Source: Phycisphaerae bacterium | Lineage (GTDB): Bacteria; Planctomycetota; Phycisphaerae; Sedimentisphaerales; UBA12454 | Assembly (NCBI GenBank): GCA_041478555.1 | Contig: JBGOWI010000004.1 | Location: 1,401 to 65,400, forward strand | DNA: 64,000 bases | Direction: 5' to 3' | Shown: positions 48,158-56,926 of the stretch, piece after piece | Numbering within the stretch: the stretch's first letter is position 1 | Layout: each line of letters opens with the position of its first letter | Notes under the pieces: generated by a model | What the model was told of the DNA's origin: nothing | What the model saw: the letters and a program-made list of their open reading frames with translations, nothing else | Databases searched by the model: none | Program-made: the position numbers and the translations under genes

Positions 48158-48189
48158 ATTATTTTTTTATCTCCGTGGCTAATCATCTT

Positions 48190-50193
48190 TTAATGTACTC
48201 TCTGGCCAGGCTTTGCGCCGGAGTCGATACCGAGTATGAAAATGTCCGCCCCGCCGGGACCTGCAGCGAGAATCATTCCCTCCGATACGCCGAACTTCAT
48301 CTTTCGAGGCTCCAGATTTGCAACACAGATAACAAGTCTGCCGATGAGCTGCTGCGGCTGATAAGCCTGTGCGATGCCCGCAAAGACGCTTTTCGTTTCG
48401 CCGCCCAAATCCAGTTCAAGATGCAAAAGTTTATCGGCGCCTGCGACTTTTTGGGCCTTTATAATCTTTGCAACACGCAGGTCAACCTTCATAAAATCTT
48501 CGATTGTGCATTGCGGCGCAATCGGCTCATCGAGAGTTGTCTGCGGTTTTTGTTCGGACTGTTCGTTTTTACTTTGCTCTATCATAGCATCCACCTTTTG
48601 TTTTTCAACTCTTTCAGCAAGTCTTATATATTCGTTTATTTTGTGCTTTTCCACTAATTTGCCGACATCGGCAAATGATAAAGGTGCGATATCAAGAATT
48701 TTTTCAATTTTTTCAGCAAAGACCGGCAATACAGGTTTAAGATAGGCCGAGAGTATTTTTACCGCATTTATAATCGCCGTAAGCGCAGTTCGGGTTTTTT
48801 CCACATCGGTTTTTATCGTTGCCCAGGGCTGGTTCTGCTCAACATAGCGGTTGGCTGCATCGGCGAGCGAAGTTACCTGCCTGATAACGGAAGCGTAGTT
48901 AAGATTTTCGTAGTCGTTTATTATCGCTTGTTTGGCCGCGAGCATCTGATTTAAAAGTTCTCTGCCGGTCTTGTCGACAGTTCCAAGCATTGAATCGAGT
49001 TTTCCTGTCAGCATTGGCACTGAACGGCTTGCAAGGTTTGCGAGTTTGCCGACGAGGTCGGAATTTACCTTTGCGACAAAATCGTCAAGATTAAGGTCTA
49101 TATCTTCTATGCCGTCGGTCAGTTTGCTTGCGTAATAGTATCGCAGGTATTCAGGGTCAAGATGATTTAAGTAAGTTTCGGCCTTGATGAAAGTGCCTTT
49201 TGATTTGCTCATTTTTACGCCGTTGACGGTGAGAAACCCGTGCACAAAGAGTCTGTTTGCGACTTTAAAGGAGCTTGCCATCAGCATTGCCGGCCAGAAC
49301 AGTGCGTGAAAATACATAACGTCCTTGCCGATGAAGTGATAAAGCTCATAATCTTTGCCGTTCCAGACTTTTTCAAAATCGAGGCCGTGTTTGTCGCAGT
49401 AATTTTTGCAGCTTGCCATATAGCCAATCGGGGCATCGAGCCAGACATAAAAGAATTTATTCTCTTCGCCGGGGATTTTGAAGCCAAAGTAAGGGCCGTC
49501 GCGCGAGATGTCCCAGTCCCTAAGGCCTGCGGTAAACCATTCATCGAGCTTGTTGGAGACGCTTTTGCCGGTGTAGCCTGAGGCGATAAGCTCTTTGAGC
49601 TTTTGCTGGTAGTCTGCGAGTCTGAAAAAATAATGCATGCTGCTTTTTCTTGTCGGCACCGCGCCGCAGGTCGCGCAGGCCGGCTTGATAAGCTCTGTGG
49701 GCTGATACGTTGCGCCGCAGGTGTCACAGGAATCGCCGTATTGATCCTCGGCTTTGCATTTCGGGCAGGTGCCTCGAATGAATCTATCCGGCAGGAACAT
49801 GCTGCATTTGTTGCAAAAGGTCTGCTCGATTTCGTTTTTTACTATTGAGCCTTTTTCCACAAGCCGATTGAAAATCAGTTCGCAAAACTTTCTGTTTTCC
49901 TCTGAGTGAGTGGAATGATAGTTGTCGAACTCTATATGAAAATTTTTAAAATCTCTTATATGCTCGGCGTGGACTCTTTCTATAAGTTGCTCGGGTTCTA
50001 TGCCTTCGGAGCGGGCGCTAATCATTACAGGCGTGCCATGTGTGTCGTCGGCACAAAAGTACAGGCACTGATTGCCGCAGGCCTTTTGAAAACGCACCCA
50101 GATATCGGTCTGAAGGTACTCTACAAGATGACCCATATGAATCGGGCCGTTTGCGTAAGGCAAAGCTGAGGTAACAATAATTTTGCGGCTCAT
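48190..50193 (-). CDS. metG: Methionine--tRNA ligase with a C-terminal tRNA-binding domain
   Basis: PYANGPIHMGHL (HIGH), KMSKS, and a four-Cys knuckle (CPKC...CDTCG). Confidence 0.95.
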   Translation of the reverse strand: MSRKIIVTSALPYANGPIHMGHLVEYLQTDIWVRFQKACGNQCLYFCADDTHGTPVMISARSEGIEPEQLIERVHAEHIRDFKNFHIEFDNYHSTHSEENRKFCELIFNRLVEKGSIVKNEIEQTFCNKCSMFLPDRFIRGTCPKCKAEDQYGDSCDTCGATYQPTELIKPACATCGAVPTRKSSMHYFFRLADYQQKLKELIASGYTGKSVSNKLDEWFTAGLRDWDISRDGPYFGFKIPGEENKFFYVWLDAPIGYMASCKNYCDKHGLDFEKVWNGKDYELYHFIGKDVMYFHALFWPAMLMASSFKVANRLFVHGFLTVNGVKMSKSKGTFIKAETYLNHLDPEYLRYYYASKLTDGIEDIDLNLDDFVAKVNSDLVGKLANLASRSVPMLTGKLDSMLGTVDKTGRELLNQMLAAKQAIINDYENLNYASVIRQVTSLADAANRYVEQNQPWATIKTDVEKTRTALTAIINAVKILSAYLKPVLPVFAEKIEKILDIAPLSFADVGKLVEKHKINEYIRLAERVEKQKVDAMIEQSKNEQSEQKPQTTLDEPIAPQCTIEDFMKVDLRVAKIIKAQKVAGADKLLHLELDLGGETKSVFAGIAQAYQPQQLIGRLVICVANLEPRKMKFGVSEGMILAAGPGGADIFILGIDSGAKPGQRVH

Positions 50194-51255
50194 TTACGGC
50201 TCCGGCTGGTCCTGGGGTTCCGGCGGGTTGTCAAAATCAATTTCCTGGTCTTCGTCCTCTACATCTTCACTGTCAAGATCGTCAAAGTCTTCCTTGTCAG
50301 CAAACTGCTCCTGAGTCAGAGCATCTGTTTTTTCAATTTGGGGCTGTCTGGAAGGAAGCTCGATAATTTCTATTTCTTCCACCGGCACGGCAAGAACAGT
50401 GCCGTCGTCGGTTTTTATGGACACGAGCTGTGTAAGGACCTGTGTATCGACGACGATGCCTTCGCCGTGCGAAGTTTTTACACGCGTTCGTTTTCTCGGC
50501 AGCCGTTTGGCCAGTTCTCTGTATGTATGGTCTTCGTATCTGAGGCAGCATTTGAGTCTTCCGCAGTACCCGGAGATTTTTGAAGGGTCGAGAGTGGCTT
50601 TCTGGAGTTTTGCCATTTTCATATTAACGGTTTTGAGGATTTTCAAAAACCTTGCGCAGCAGCACGGCTGGCCGCAGACCTCAATGTCCGAAGCGATTTT
50701 GGCCGCATCCCTTGAGCCGACCTGTCTCATTTCGATTCTCGTCTGAAACTCTTTTGCCAGTTTCTTGACGAGCTCGCGAAAGTCGACTCTGGCATCTGCG
50801 GTGAAGTAGAAAATTATTCTTTCGCCGCCGAAAACGTGCTCAATATCCACCAGCTTCATAGGCAGGTTCATTTCCCTGATGAACTGGCGGCATTTATCAA
50901 GCTCCTGTTTTGCATTGGCGTCTATATGTCGTTCTTCACTGAGGTCCTGGTCGGTGGCGTAGCGTACGAATATTCCTCCTGTTGTTATGGGGCAGTTTTC
51001 CGGCCCCTGTCCGTAGTAATCGACGACGGCCTGCTCCGACTTTTTGAAAATGCCTGACCTGTAGCAGAATCTGCCGACCACCTCGCCGATTTCCAGCCCC
51101 CTTTCGGTCTTTATCATTACCCTACTGCGGGCCTTCGGCATAGTTTTTTCATTATGCGCAAACCAGCCGACAAGTCCGGTCCTGCCGTATCGGACAAGCA
51201 TCTTCTTTTCCGCAGGATTGTGTTTGGGTTTCTGTTTTGCTTCGATATCGTTCAT
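50194..51255 (-). CDS. PSP1-domain protein (RicT/YaaT-like) with an acidic tail
   Basis: 353 aa. Cys-rich CGQPCCCARFL ... GRLKCCLRYE. Confidence 0.8.
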   Translation of the reverse strand: MNDIEAKQKPKHNPAEKKMLVRYGRTGLVGWFAHNEKTMPKARSRVMIKTERGLEIGEVVGRFCYRSGIFKKSEQAVVDYYGQGPENCPITTGGIFVRYATDQDLSEERHIDANAKQELDKCRQFIREMNLPMKLVDIEHVFGGERIIFYFTADARVDFRELVKKLAKEFQTRIEMRQVGSRDAAKIASDIEVCGQPCCCARFLKILKTVNMKMAKLQKATLDPSKISGYCGRLKCCLRYEDHTYRELAKRLPRKRTRVKTSHGEGIVVDTQVLTQLVSIKTDDGTVLAVPVEEIEIIELPSRQPQIEKTDALTQEQFADKEDFDDLDSEDVEDEDQEIDFDNPPEPQDQPEP

Positions 51256-51294
51256 AAACTGTTAAAAGAGAAACTTATGTTCGGACTACCAAAG

Positions 51295-52404
51295 TCAGGA
51301 AATCATTATCTTATCAGAATCTGCGAGATTTATCAACAGGCGTTCAAAAACGAGTTTTTCATTGACCGAGGCGTCAATAAAACGATTAGCCAGGAAGCAG
51401 TCTTCAATCAATTCGGCACATTTTTGCGGGTCGTACCTTTGAGTGAGGATTTTTATCTGTTCGGCCTGGTCGAAGTTTATCAACTCCTGCGGCCAGGCAA
51501 GCAACTGTTTCATTGCATCCTCAAGGGCTGATATAAGTATCAGTATAAAGGTTTTTTTGACCTGTCTGCTTATGTCGGAGCCGCTTGTGCCGGATTTAAG
51601 CTTTTGCCAGGATTCTGTCAGTTGTAATGCGGTTGAATTTATCCATTGCGCAAGCTCGACACAATCGGCAAGCCGGCAATCGCACAGGCGTTTTAAAAAT
51701 TGTCTTTTGATTTCATAGAAAGACGGCTCAAGTTTCGAAAGAAGTTCAGCCTGTCCGATGCTGCCGGATAACAATCTTGCCCAGAATTTTGCCTCGTTTT
51801 TGTCGATTCCGGCCCCGGCCAGATGAGAAATTATTTTCTCCTCGCTTACAGGACCGAAGCGAACAATCTGACATCGCGACCTTGTCGTCGGCAGAAGGTT
51901 ATCGAGTTTTGTGCAGAGCAGGATGATGAAGCTTTTGTCCGGCGGCTCTTCAAGGGTTTTTAAAAGCGCGTTCTGGCTTGCGGCGTTGAGTTTTTCAGAC
52001 TCGCTTACAACGAATACCTTTGCTGCAGAGAGTGCCGGTTTTATCTGAACCTTTTCAATTACAAATTCCCGCACAACATCAATCGGCAGGTCTATCGGGG
52101 TTTTGTCTTTGTTCTGCGGATTTCTTGTGTAGCGGATAAGCTCCTTGTAAATATGATGGAAGTCCGGATGCGAATCGACATCGAAAGCCTGACATGACGG
52201 GCATTTTCCGCAACTGTCGGCAAAATTATTTTTTCTTGTCGGCGATTTGCACAGCAAAAGTTTGCCCCAGCCCATAGCGGCGGTGAATCTGCCCACGCCT
52301 TGGGCGCCTGCGAAGATATACGCATGCGGAATTCTTTCAGCAGCAAAGGCGCGCTGCAGAGCATCAACAGCCTTGTCCTGGCAGAAAATATCAGAAAGAT
52401 TCAT
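51295..52404 (-). CDS. holB: DNA polymerase III delta' subunit
   Basis: ATG at 52404. HAYIFAGAQGVGR, Zn module CGKCPSCQ, and SRCQ. Confidence 0.85.
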   Translation of the reverse strand: MNLSDIFCQDKAVDALQRAFAAERIPHAYIFAGAQGVGRFTAAMGWGKLLLCKSPTRKNNFADSCGKCPSCQAFDVDSHPDFHHIYKELIRYTRNPQNKDKTPIDLPIDVVREFVIEKVQIKPALSAAKVFVVSESEKLNAASQNALLKTLEEPPDKSFIILLCTKLDNLLPTTRSRCQIVRFGPVSEEKIISHLAGAGIDKNEAKFWARLLSGSIGQAELLSKLEPSFYEIKRQFLKRLCDCRLADCVELAQWINSTALQLTESWQKLKSGTSGSDISRQVKKTFILILISALEDAMKQLLAWPQELINFDQAEQIKILTQRYDPQKCAELIEDCFLANRFIDASVNEKLVFERLLINLADSDKIMIS

Positions 52405-52515
52405 ATTTAACTTCCAACATTGAACGTTCTCCGTTAGGAGTCCCAAGGACAACGTTGAATGTTCGATGTTCGACGTTCATTATTTGTACTTCGGATTTTT
52501 ATTAGATTATACACT

Positions 52516-53139
52516 CTAAGAATTGAAGTGCTTTTCAATTATCTGAATTATTCTCTTATGTACCGTCTGCTTATCAGCCGAGCCGTCTATAACAATAATG
52601 TCGTCGCGAAGTTTCGCAAGTTTAAGAAAGCCTGTCCGGACTTTTTTGTGATAGGCGGCATTTTTCTGCTCCATTCTGTCGAAACTGCGTTTTATTCTTT
52701 TTTTTGCCGTTCGAAGGTCAATGTCAAGAATAATTGTAAGGTCAGGCCAGATTTTTTGAAGCGAATGCTCGGCAATGTCGATGACTTTTGCAATTCCCAG
52801 TCCGCCTGCAAAGCCCTGGTATGCACAGGTGCTGGACAGCCAGCGGTCGAGCAGTACGCAGTTTTTCTTTTTCAGTGCCGGTGCGATACACTCCTGCCAG
52901 AGCTGGGCGCGACTGGCCATATAAAGCAATAGTTCCGTCCTGTCGCTGATGTGATTTTTCGGGTCGAGAAGGATTTTTCTGATTTTTTCGCCGGTAGCCG
53001 TTGAACCCGGGTCGCGAAACACCGACGTCCGGATGCCTTGATTGGTCAGGTATTTTGCAAGCATAACAGTCTGCGTACTTTTGCCGCAGCCGTCGGGGCC
53101 ATCAAGAACTATAAAACATCCTTTTAAATTCTTAAACAT
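52516..53139 (-). CDS. tmk: Thymidylate kinase
   Basis: FIVLDGPDGCGKST P-loop. ATG at 53139 (the ORF-track start is TTG at 53160). Confidence 0.9.
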   Translation of the reverse strand: MFKNLKGCFIVLDGPDGCGKSTQTVMLAKYLTNQGIRTSVFRDPGSTATGEKIRKILLDPKNHISDRTELLLYMASRAQLWQECIAPALKKKNCVLLDRWLSSTCAYQGFAGGLGIAKVIDIAEHSLQKIWPDLTIILDIDLRTAKKRIKRSFDRMEQKNAAYHKKVRTGFLKLAKLRDDIIVIDGSADKQTVHKRIIQIIEKHFNS

Positions 53140-53231
53140 AATTAGCTTAGAATACAGCAATTACCGCCAACTGGCAAGAGGCTGCCGCAATTTATATTAA
53201 TTCCTTAAATCCCGCCTTAGGCGGGCAAGCT

Positions 53232-53876
53232 TCAACTCTCAATGTTCCTGACCTGCTCACCTTTACTCTTGTTTCGCTTCCTGTACTTATTCAAATCCTC
53301 CTCCAACAAAAAGCTTTTAAACGGCTCGTTTTTGAAGCATGGAAAATTCAGCGGCGCATATTCTTCTTCTCCTGCCTGCAAGACAAATTTATCGCGCGCA
53401 AAAGCGGCGATGATTCGATTTTCGGGACTGTCGGGCAGAGAAAAAGACGGCGCTTTACCGCTACTGATTTGAAATCGTGCCACGCAATAGTCTTTTTTCC
53501 CCTTGCGTTGAACGTAAACGCCGACAAATCCTGTCTTAGTTTTTAATTTTCTGTTCAGACCGTTTTGTCTTGGAGTTACAATACGCAGATTTATCTTGCG
53601 GTTATCGAGCGGGTCTCCATATATATGGTCAACAATCTGACCTTCTTTGGCGTCCATTACAAACCGGGAAAGCTGAATATATTTTCTCGGTTTTGTCCCG
53701 CAGATAATTATAGGATACCCATCCTTAGAAAGCCGCATTTCAGTAATATCGCCGTTGTATTTTTTGTAAGGTTTTTCCTGCAGGCTGCTTCTGATTTTAT
53801 AATAGATGTCGGGGTCAACTTTTACCAGCCGGCCTCTAATCTTAAACATCAGGCAATTAATTTTTCGCTTTTCCAT
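53232..53876 (-). CDS. HNH endonuclease with AP2-like domain, copy 2 (inverted paralogue of 38757..39365)
   Basis: QIVDHIYGDPLDNRKINLR. The C-terminal half is nearly identical to copy 1 (PDSPENRIIAAFARDKFVLQ.G.EEYAPLNFPCFKNEPF). Confidence 0.75.
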   Translation of the reverse strand: MEKRKINCLMFKIRGRLVKVDPDIYYKIRSSLQEKPYKKYNGDITEMRLSKDGYPIIICGTKPRKYIQLSRFVMDAKEGQIVDHIYGDPLDNRKINLRIVTPRQNGLNRKLKTKTGFVGVYVQRKGKKDYCVARFQISSGKAPSFSLPDSPENRIIAAFARDKFVLQAGEEEYAPLNFPCFKNEPFKSFLLEEDLNKYRKRNKSKGEQVRNIES

Positions 53877-54088
53877 TTTTTTGCCTCAGAGATAATTCTT
53901 TTTATTTTTAGCCACAGTCCTTGGGACTCCTAACGGAGAGAACATCCGCCTTCGTCCCTTAGGGACTACGGCGGACAGGCGCCAGCCACAGAGATATAAA
54001 TTATTGAAGATTTAAGAAGGATAAAGGTTGCGTATATCGTTAATGCCTTAGTGGCTAAATTATTCACTTTTTGACTAACAATGCTGGT

Positions 54089-54117
54089 ATTTTACCATAT
54101 TTCAAACAAAAAGTCAA
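54089..54117 (-). promoter_or_regulatory. Sigma70-like promoter of HNH-AP2 copy 2
   Basis: Minus-strand TTGACT (54117-54112), 17 nt, TAAAAT (54094-54089). The block is shared with 38465-38510. Confidence 0.5.
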
Positions 54118-54474
54118 GGAAAAACCAATTTTTTTGAAAAAACGCCGGTTTTAACACTGATTAACGTAAAATTACAAGGATTTTTACTACCCTCTATACT
54201 CTAAACCCTAACCCCTAATTTTCCCTTTGCCTTTTCCCTTTTTAGGCAATAACCGAGGACGTTGGGACTGTTGAAAAAACATTTTCGCCGTTGTGCCTTC
54301 GATGAAAAACCGCTCCATCACTGTCGCGGCTCTGAGCGCCGTCGTGCCGACGGCGGCTAAACAAAACAATCGCAAAAGAAAACCGAATGGACGGGGTTAA
54401 AACGCCGCCGTCCGTCTTCACTTCGTTTCGACGCGACACGTGCCAGCGGCGGCTAAACGACTCTCCAGCAAAAT

Positions 54475-55032
54475 TCAAACGGCAGAGTCTTTTTCGATTG
54501 TTTTTTTGCGCTGAGCTTTTCTAAAATCTACAAGTTTTGCAGCCAGTCTTTCATCACTCAGTGCAAGAATCTGGACGGCAAAAATCGCGGCATTTACCGC
54601 ACCAGTATTTCCAATCGCCATACTCGCAACAGGAACTCCAAGAGGCATCTGAACGGTGCTGAGCAGCGCATCAATGCCTGCCGGCGAATGCTCGGCAGAA
54701 AGAGGAACGCCAATAATCGGCAGAGTCGTCCTTGCGGCCAAGGCCCCTGCCAAATGAGCGGCCATGCCGGCCGCAGCTATTATGACCTTTATGCCCTTTT
54801 TGGCCGCATCTTCCGCAAAATCAGCCGCTATATCAGGCGTCCGATGCGCCGAAATAATCCGAACAAGCGGCTCTATCCCGAACTCCTTAAGCCTGTCAAT
54901 ACAGGCCTTCATCGTCGGCATATCGCTGTCAGAACCCATCACCACCGCTACGACTCGATTGCCCTCAACAGGCTCGGGCCGTGAGCTTGTCGAACGGAGC
55001 TCGCCGAAGTCAACTTTGTCAGTTTGAGCCAT
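54475..55032 (-). CDS. purE: N5-carboxyaminoimidazole ribonucleotide mutase with a repeat-derived N-terminal extension
   Basis: VAVVMGSDSDMPTM core preceded by MAQTDKVDFGELRSTSSRPEPVEGNR. Confidence 0.85.
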   Translation of the reverse strand: MAQTDKVDFGELRSTSSRPEPVEGNRVVAVVMGSDSDMPTMKACIDRLKEFGIEPLVRIISAHRTPDIAADFAEDAAKKGIKVIIAAAGMAAHLAGALAARTTLPIIGVPLSAEHSPAGIDALLSTVQMPLGVPVASMAIGNTGAVNAAIFAVQILALSDERLAAKLVDFRKAQRKKTIEKDSAV

Positions 55033-55121
55033 TGTATTTGTCCCTAAAAGAGCTTAAAATACCTGGAGCCACAGTCAGATAATATCCTTTTTTCGTAATT
55101 TTGCAAGTATGGAGATTTATT

Positions 55122-56000
55122 ATGGCAGCAAGAAGAGCAGTAGTAGCCGGGCAGTTCTACCCGGCTTCCGACAAACAGTGCAGAGCAGAAATCGCAGATT
55201 GCCTTGCCGAGCGGCCTGTAACAATCAAACTGCCTGAAAAAATCGTCGCAGGAATTGTGCCGCACGCAGGCTGGACATTCAGCGGCGACTTGGCAGCTAT
55301 GGTCTTTAGCGCAATAGAAAAGGCCAACAAAACCGTCGATACCTTCGTTATCTTCGGTGCAGTGCACAGCTTCCTCGGTTCAGCCGCAGCCGTTTACGAC
55401 AAAGGAAGCTGGCAAACGCCGATGGGCGAAATAAAAATCGATGAAGAACTTGCTGCGCTGATTTCTAAAAAAAGCCGGTCTGCAAAGCTAAACACCGAGG
55501 CCCACAGATACGAGCACAGTATTGAGGTGCAGGTGCCCTTCATTCAGTATCTTTTCAAGGATGCGAAAATCGTCCCAATCCTGACACCCCCTGCTGATTT
55601 TGCCGTATCTGTCGGAAGCGATGTAGCCGAATGTATAAAATCCGCTGCCGATAAAAAAATCGTCTGCATCGGCTCAACGGACCTGACGCATTATGGCCCG
55701 CGTTACGGCTTTAACCCTCAAGGGTCAGGGGCGGCAGGGATTAAATGGGCAAAGGAAGTCAACGACAGGGCATTTATCGACCTTGCTCTTGAGCTTAAGG
55801 CCGAGCAGATACTTACCAAATCCATGGAGAACCAAAACGCCTGCGGCCCGGGTGCCGCTGCGGCGGCGATTGCTGCTGCAAGGGCGCTTGGCAAAACAAA
55901 AGGCGTTCTATTGGCTCATACGCACAGCAACGAGGTTATGGAAAAACGCTTCGGCCAGACAAGCAGCGAAAGCGTCGGATACGCAGCAATCGTTTATTAA
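55122..56000 (+). CDS. Memo-like protein (AmmeMemoRadiSam system protein B family)
   Basis: ATG at 55122. RRAVVAGQFYPASD..., VPHAGWTFSG, STDLTHYG. Confidence 0.75.
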   Translation: MAARRAVVAGQFYPASDKQCRAEIADCLAERPVTIKLPEKIVAGIVPHAGWTFSGDLAAMVFSAIEKANKTVDTFVIFGAVHSFLGSAAAVYDKGSWQTPMGEIKIDEELAALISKKSRSAKLNTEAHRYEHSIEVQVPFIQYLFKDAKIVPILTPPADFAVSVGSDVAECIKSAADKKIVCIGSTDLTHYGPRYGFNPQGSGAAGIKWAKEVNDRAFIDLALELKAEQILTKSMENQNACGPGAAAAAIAAARALGKTKGVLLAHTHSNEVMEKRFGQTSSESVGYAAIVY

Positions 56001-56158
56001 AAATAGAATACAGAATTCAGAATACAGTAGAGAGAAGAAAATAAAATAAAAATATACGTCCCCTATTATTCTCATTTTTTTGCAATCCAGCAACAGAATC
56101 GCGGTTATTTTTGATTTTCCTTCCCAGCGACGAGTTACGGGCCACGAGCGACTATAAT

Positions 56159-56767
56159 CTATTCAACGCGGATTGATGTTATTACTACCGCCTCTGTCGG
56201 CACATCGCCGGGGCGGGTTTTGACTGCTGCGATTGCATCGACGACGTCCATACCCTCAACAACTTTGCCGAAGACCGCGTAGCCTGCGTCGCGGACGCCG
56301 TGGTTTAGAAAGTCGTTGTTTTTATGATTTATAAAAAATTGCGATGTTGCGCTGTCGGGGTTTGATGTTCTGGCCATTGCGATTGTGCCGCGGTCGTTTT
56401 TCAAGCCGTTTTTAGATTCGTTGATAATCGGCGGGCGGGTTGATTTTGGGCGCATATCGGCAGTCATTCCGCCGCCCTGGACCATAAAACCATTTATAAC
56501 ACGGTGAAAGATTGTGCCGTCATAGAATTTATCTTCAACATACTGGAGGAGATTTTTGCAGGTAATCGGCGCTTTTTCTTCATTAAGTTCGACTACAATA
56601 TCGCCTTTGTTCGTTGAAATTCTGACCTTTGCCACGGCTTTGTTTTGTGTTGTCATTACTTTTTCATCCTTTTGAATTGATTTTTCGGCCCGGCCTGTTC
56701 GCTTGTCACAGCCTGCTGTCAGGCAGACGGTGGTAAATGTTAAAATAAAAAAAATATTTTTAAGCAT
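56159..56767 (-). CDS. Cyclophilin-type peptidyl-prolyl isomerase, lipoprotein
   Basis: Lipobox [18 protein letters not shown] and SQFFIN. Confidence 0.9.
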   Translation of the reverse strand: MLKNIFFILTFTTVCLTAGCDKRTGRAEKSIQKDEKVMTTQNKAVAKVRISTNKGDIVVELNEEKAPITCKNLLQYVEDKFYDGTIFHRVINGFMVQGGGMTADMRPKSTRPPIINESKNGLKNDRGTIAMARTSNPDSATSQFFINHKNNDFLNHGVRDAGYAVFGKVVEGMDVVDAIAAVKTRPGDVPTEAVVITSIRVE

Positions 56768-56926
56768 TTATCTATCCTTTTAACTGTAAAAACTGATGGA
56801 TATAAGTTTATAACAGGTTTTTTAGCATTCGGCAACCTTTTTTGACTTTGCTAATCAGGTCTGGTTCGGTATACTTCCCTGACAAAATTTTAACAAAATA
56901 TTAACAATTCGGGCAGCAGGACGGCT

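Noticed and set aside
38757-53876. The inverted HNH-AP2 pair considered as ends of a composite transposon or genomic island
   Set aside because: The intervening 14 kb carries essential, conventionally syntenic genes (thyX, metG, ricT, holB, tmk and the metF fusion), and no transposase or integrase is present. The two copies are better explained as independent insertions or duplications.
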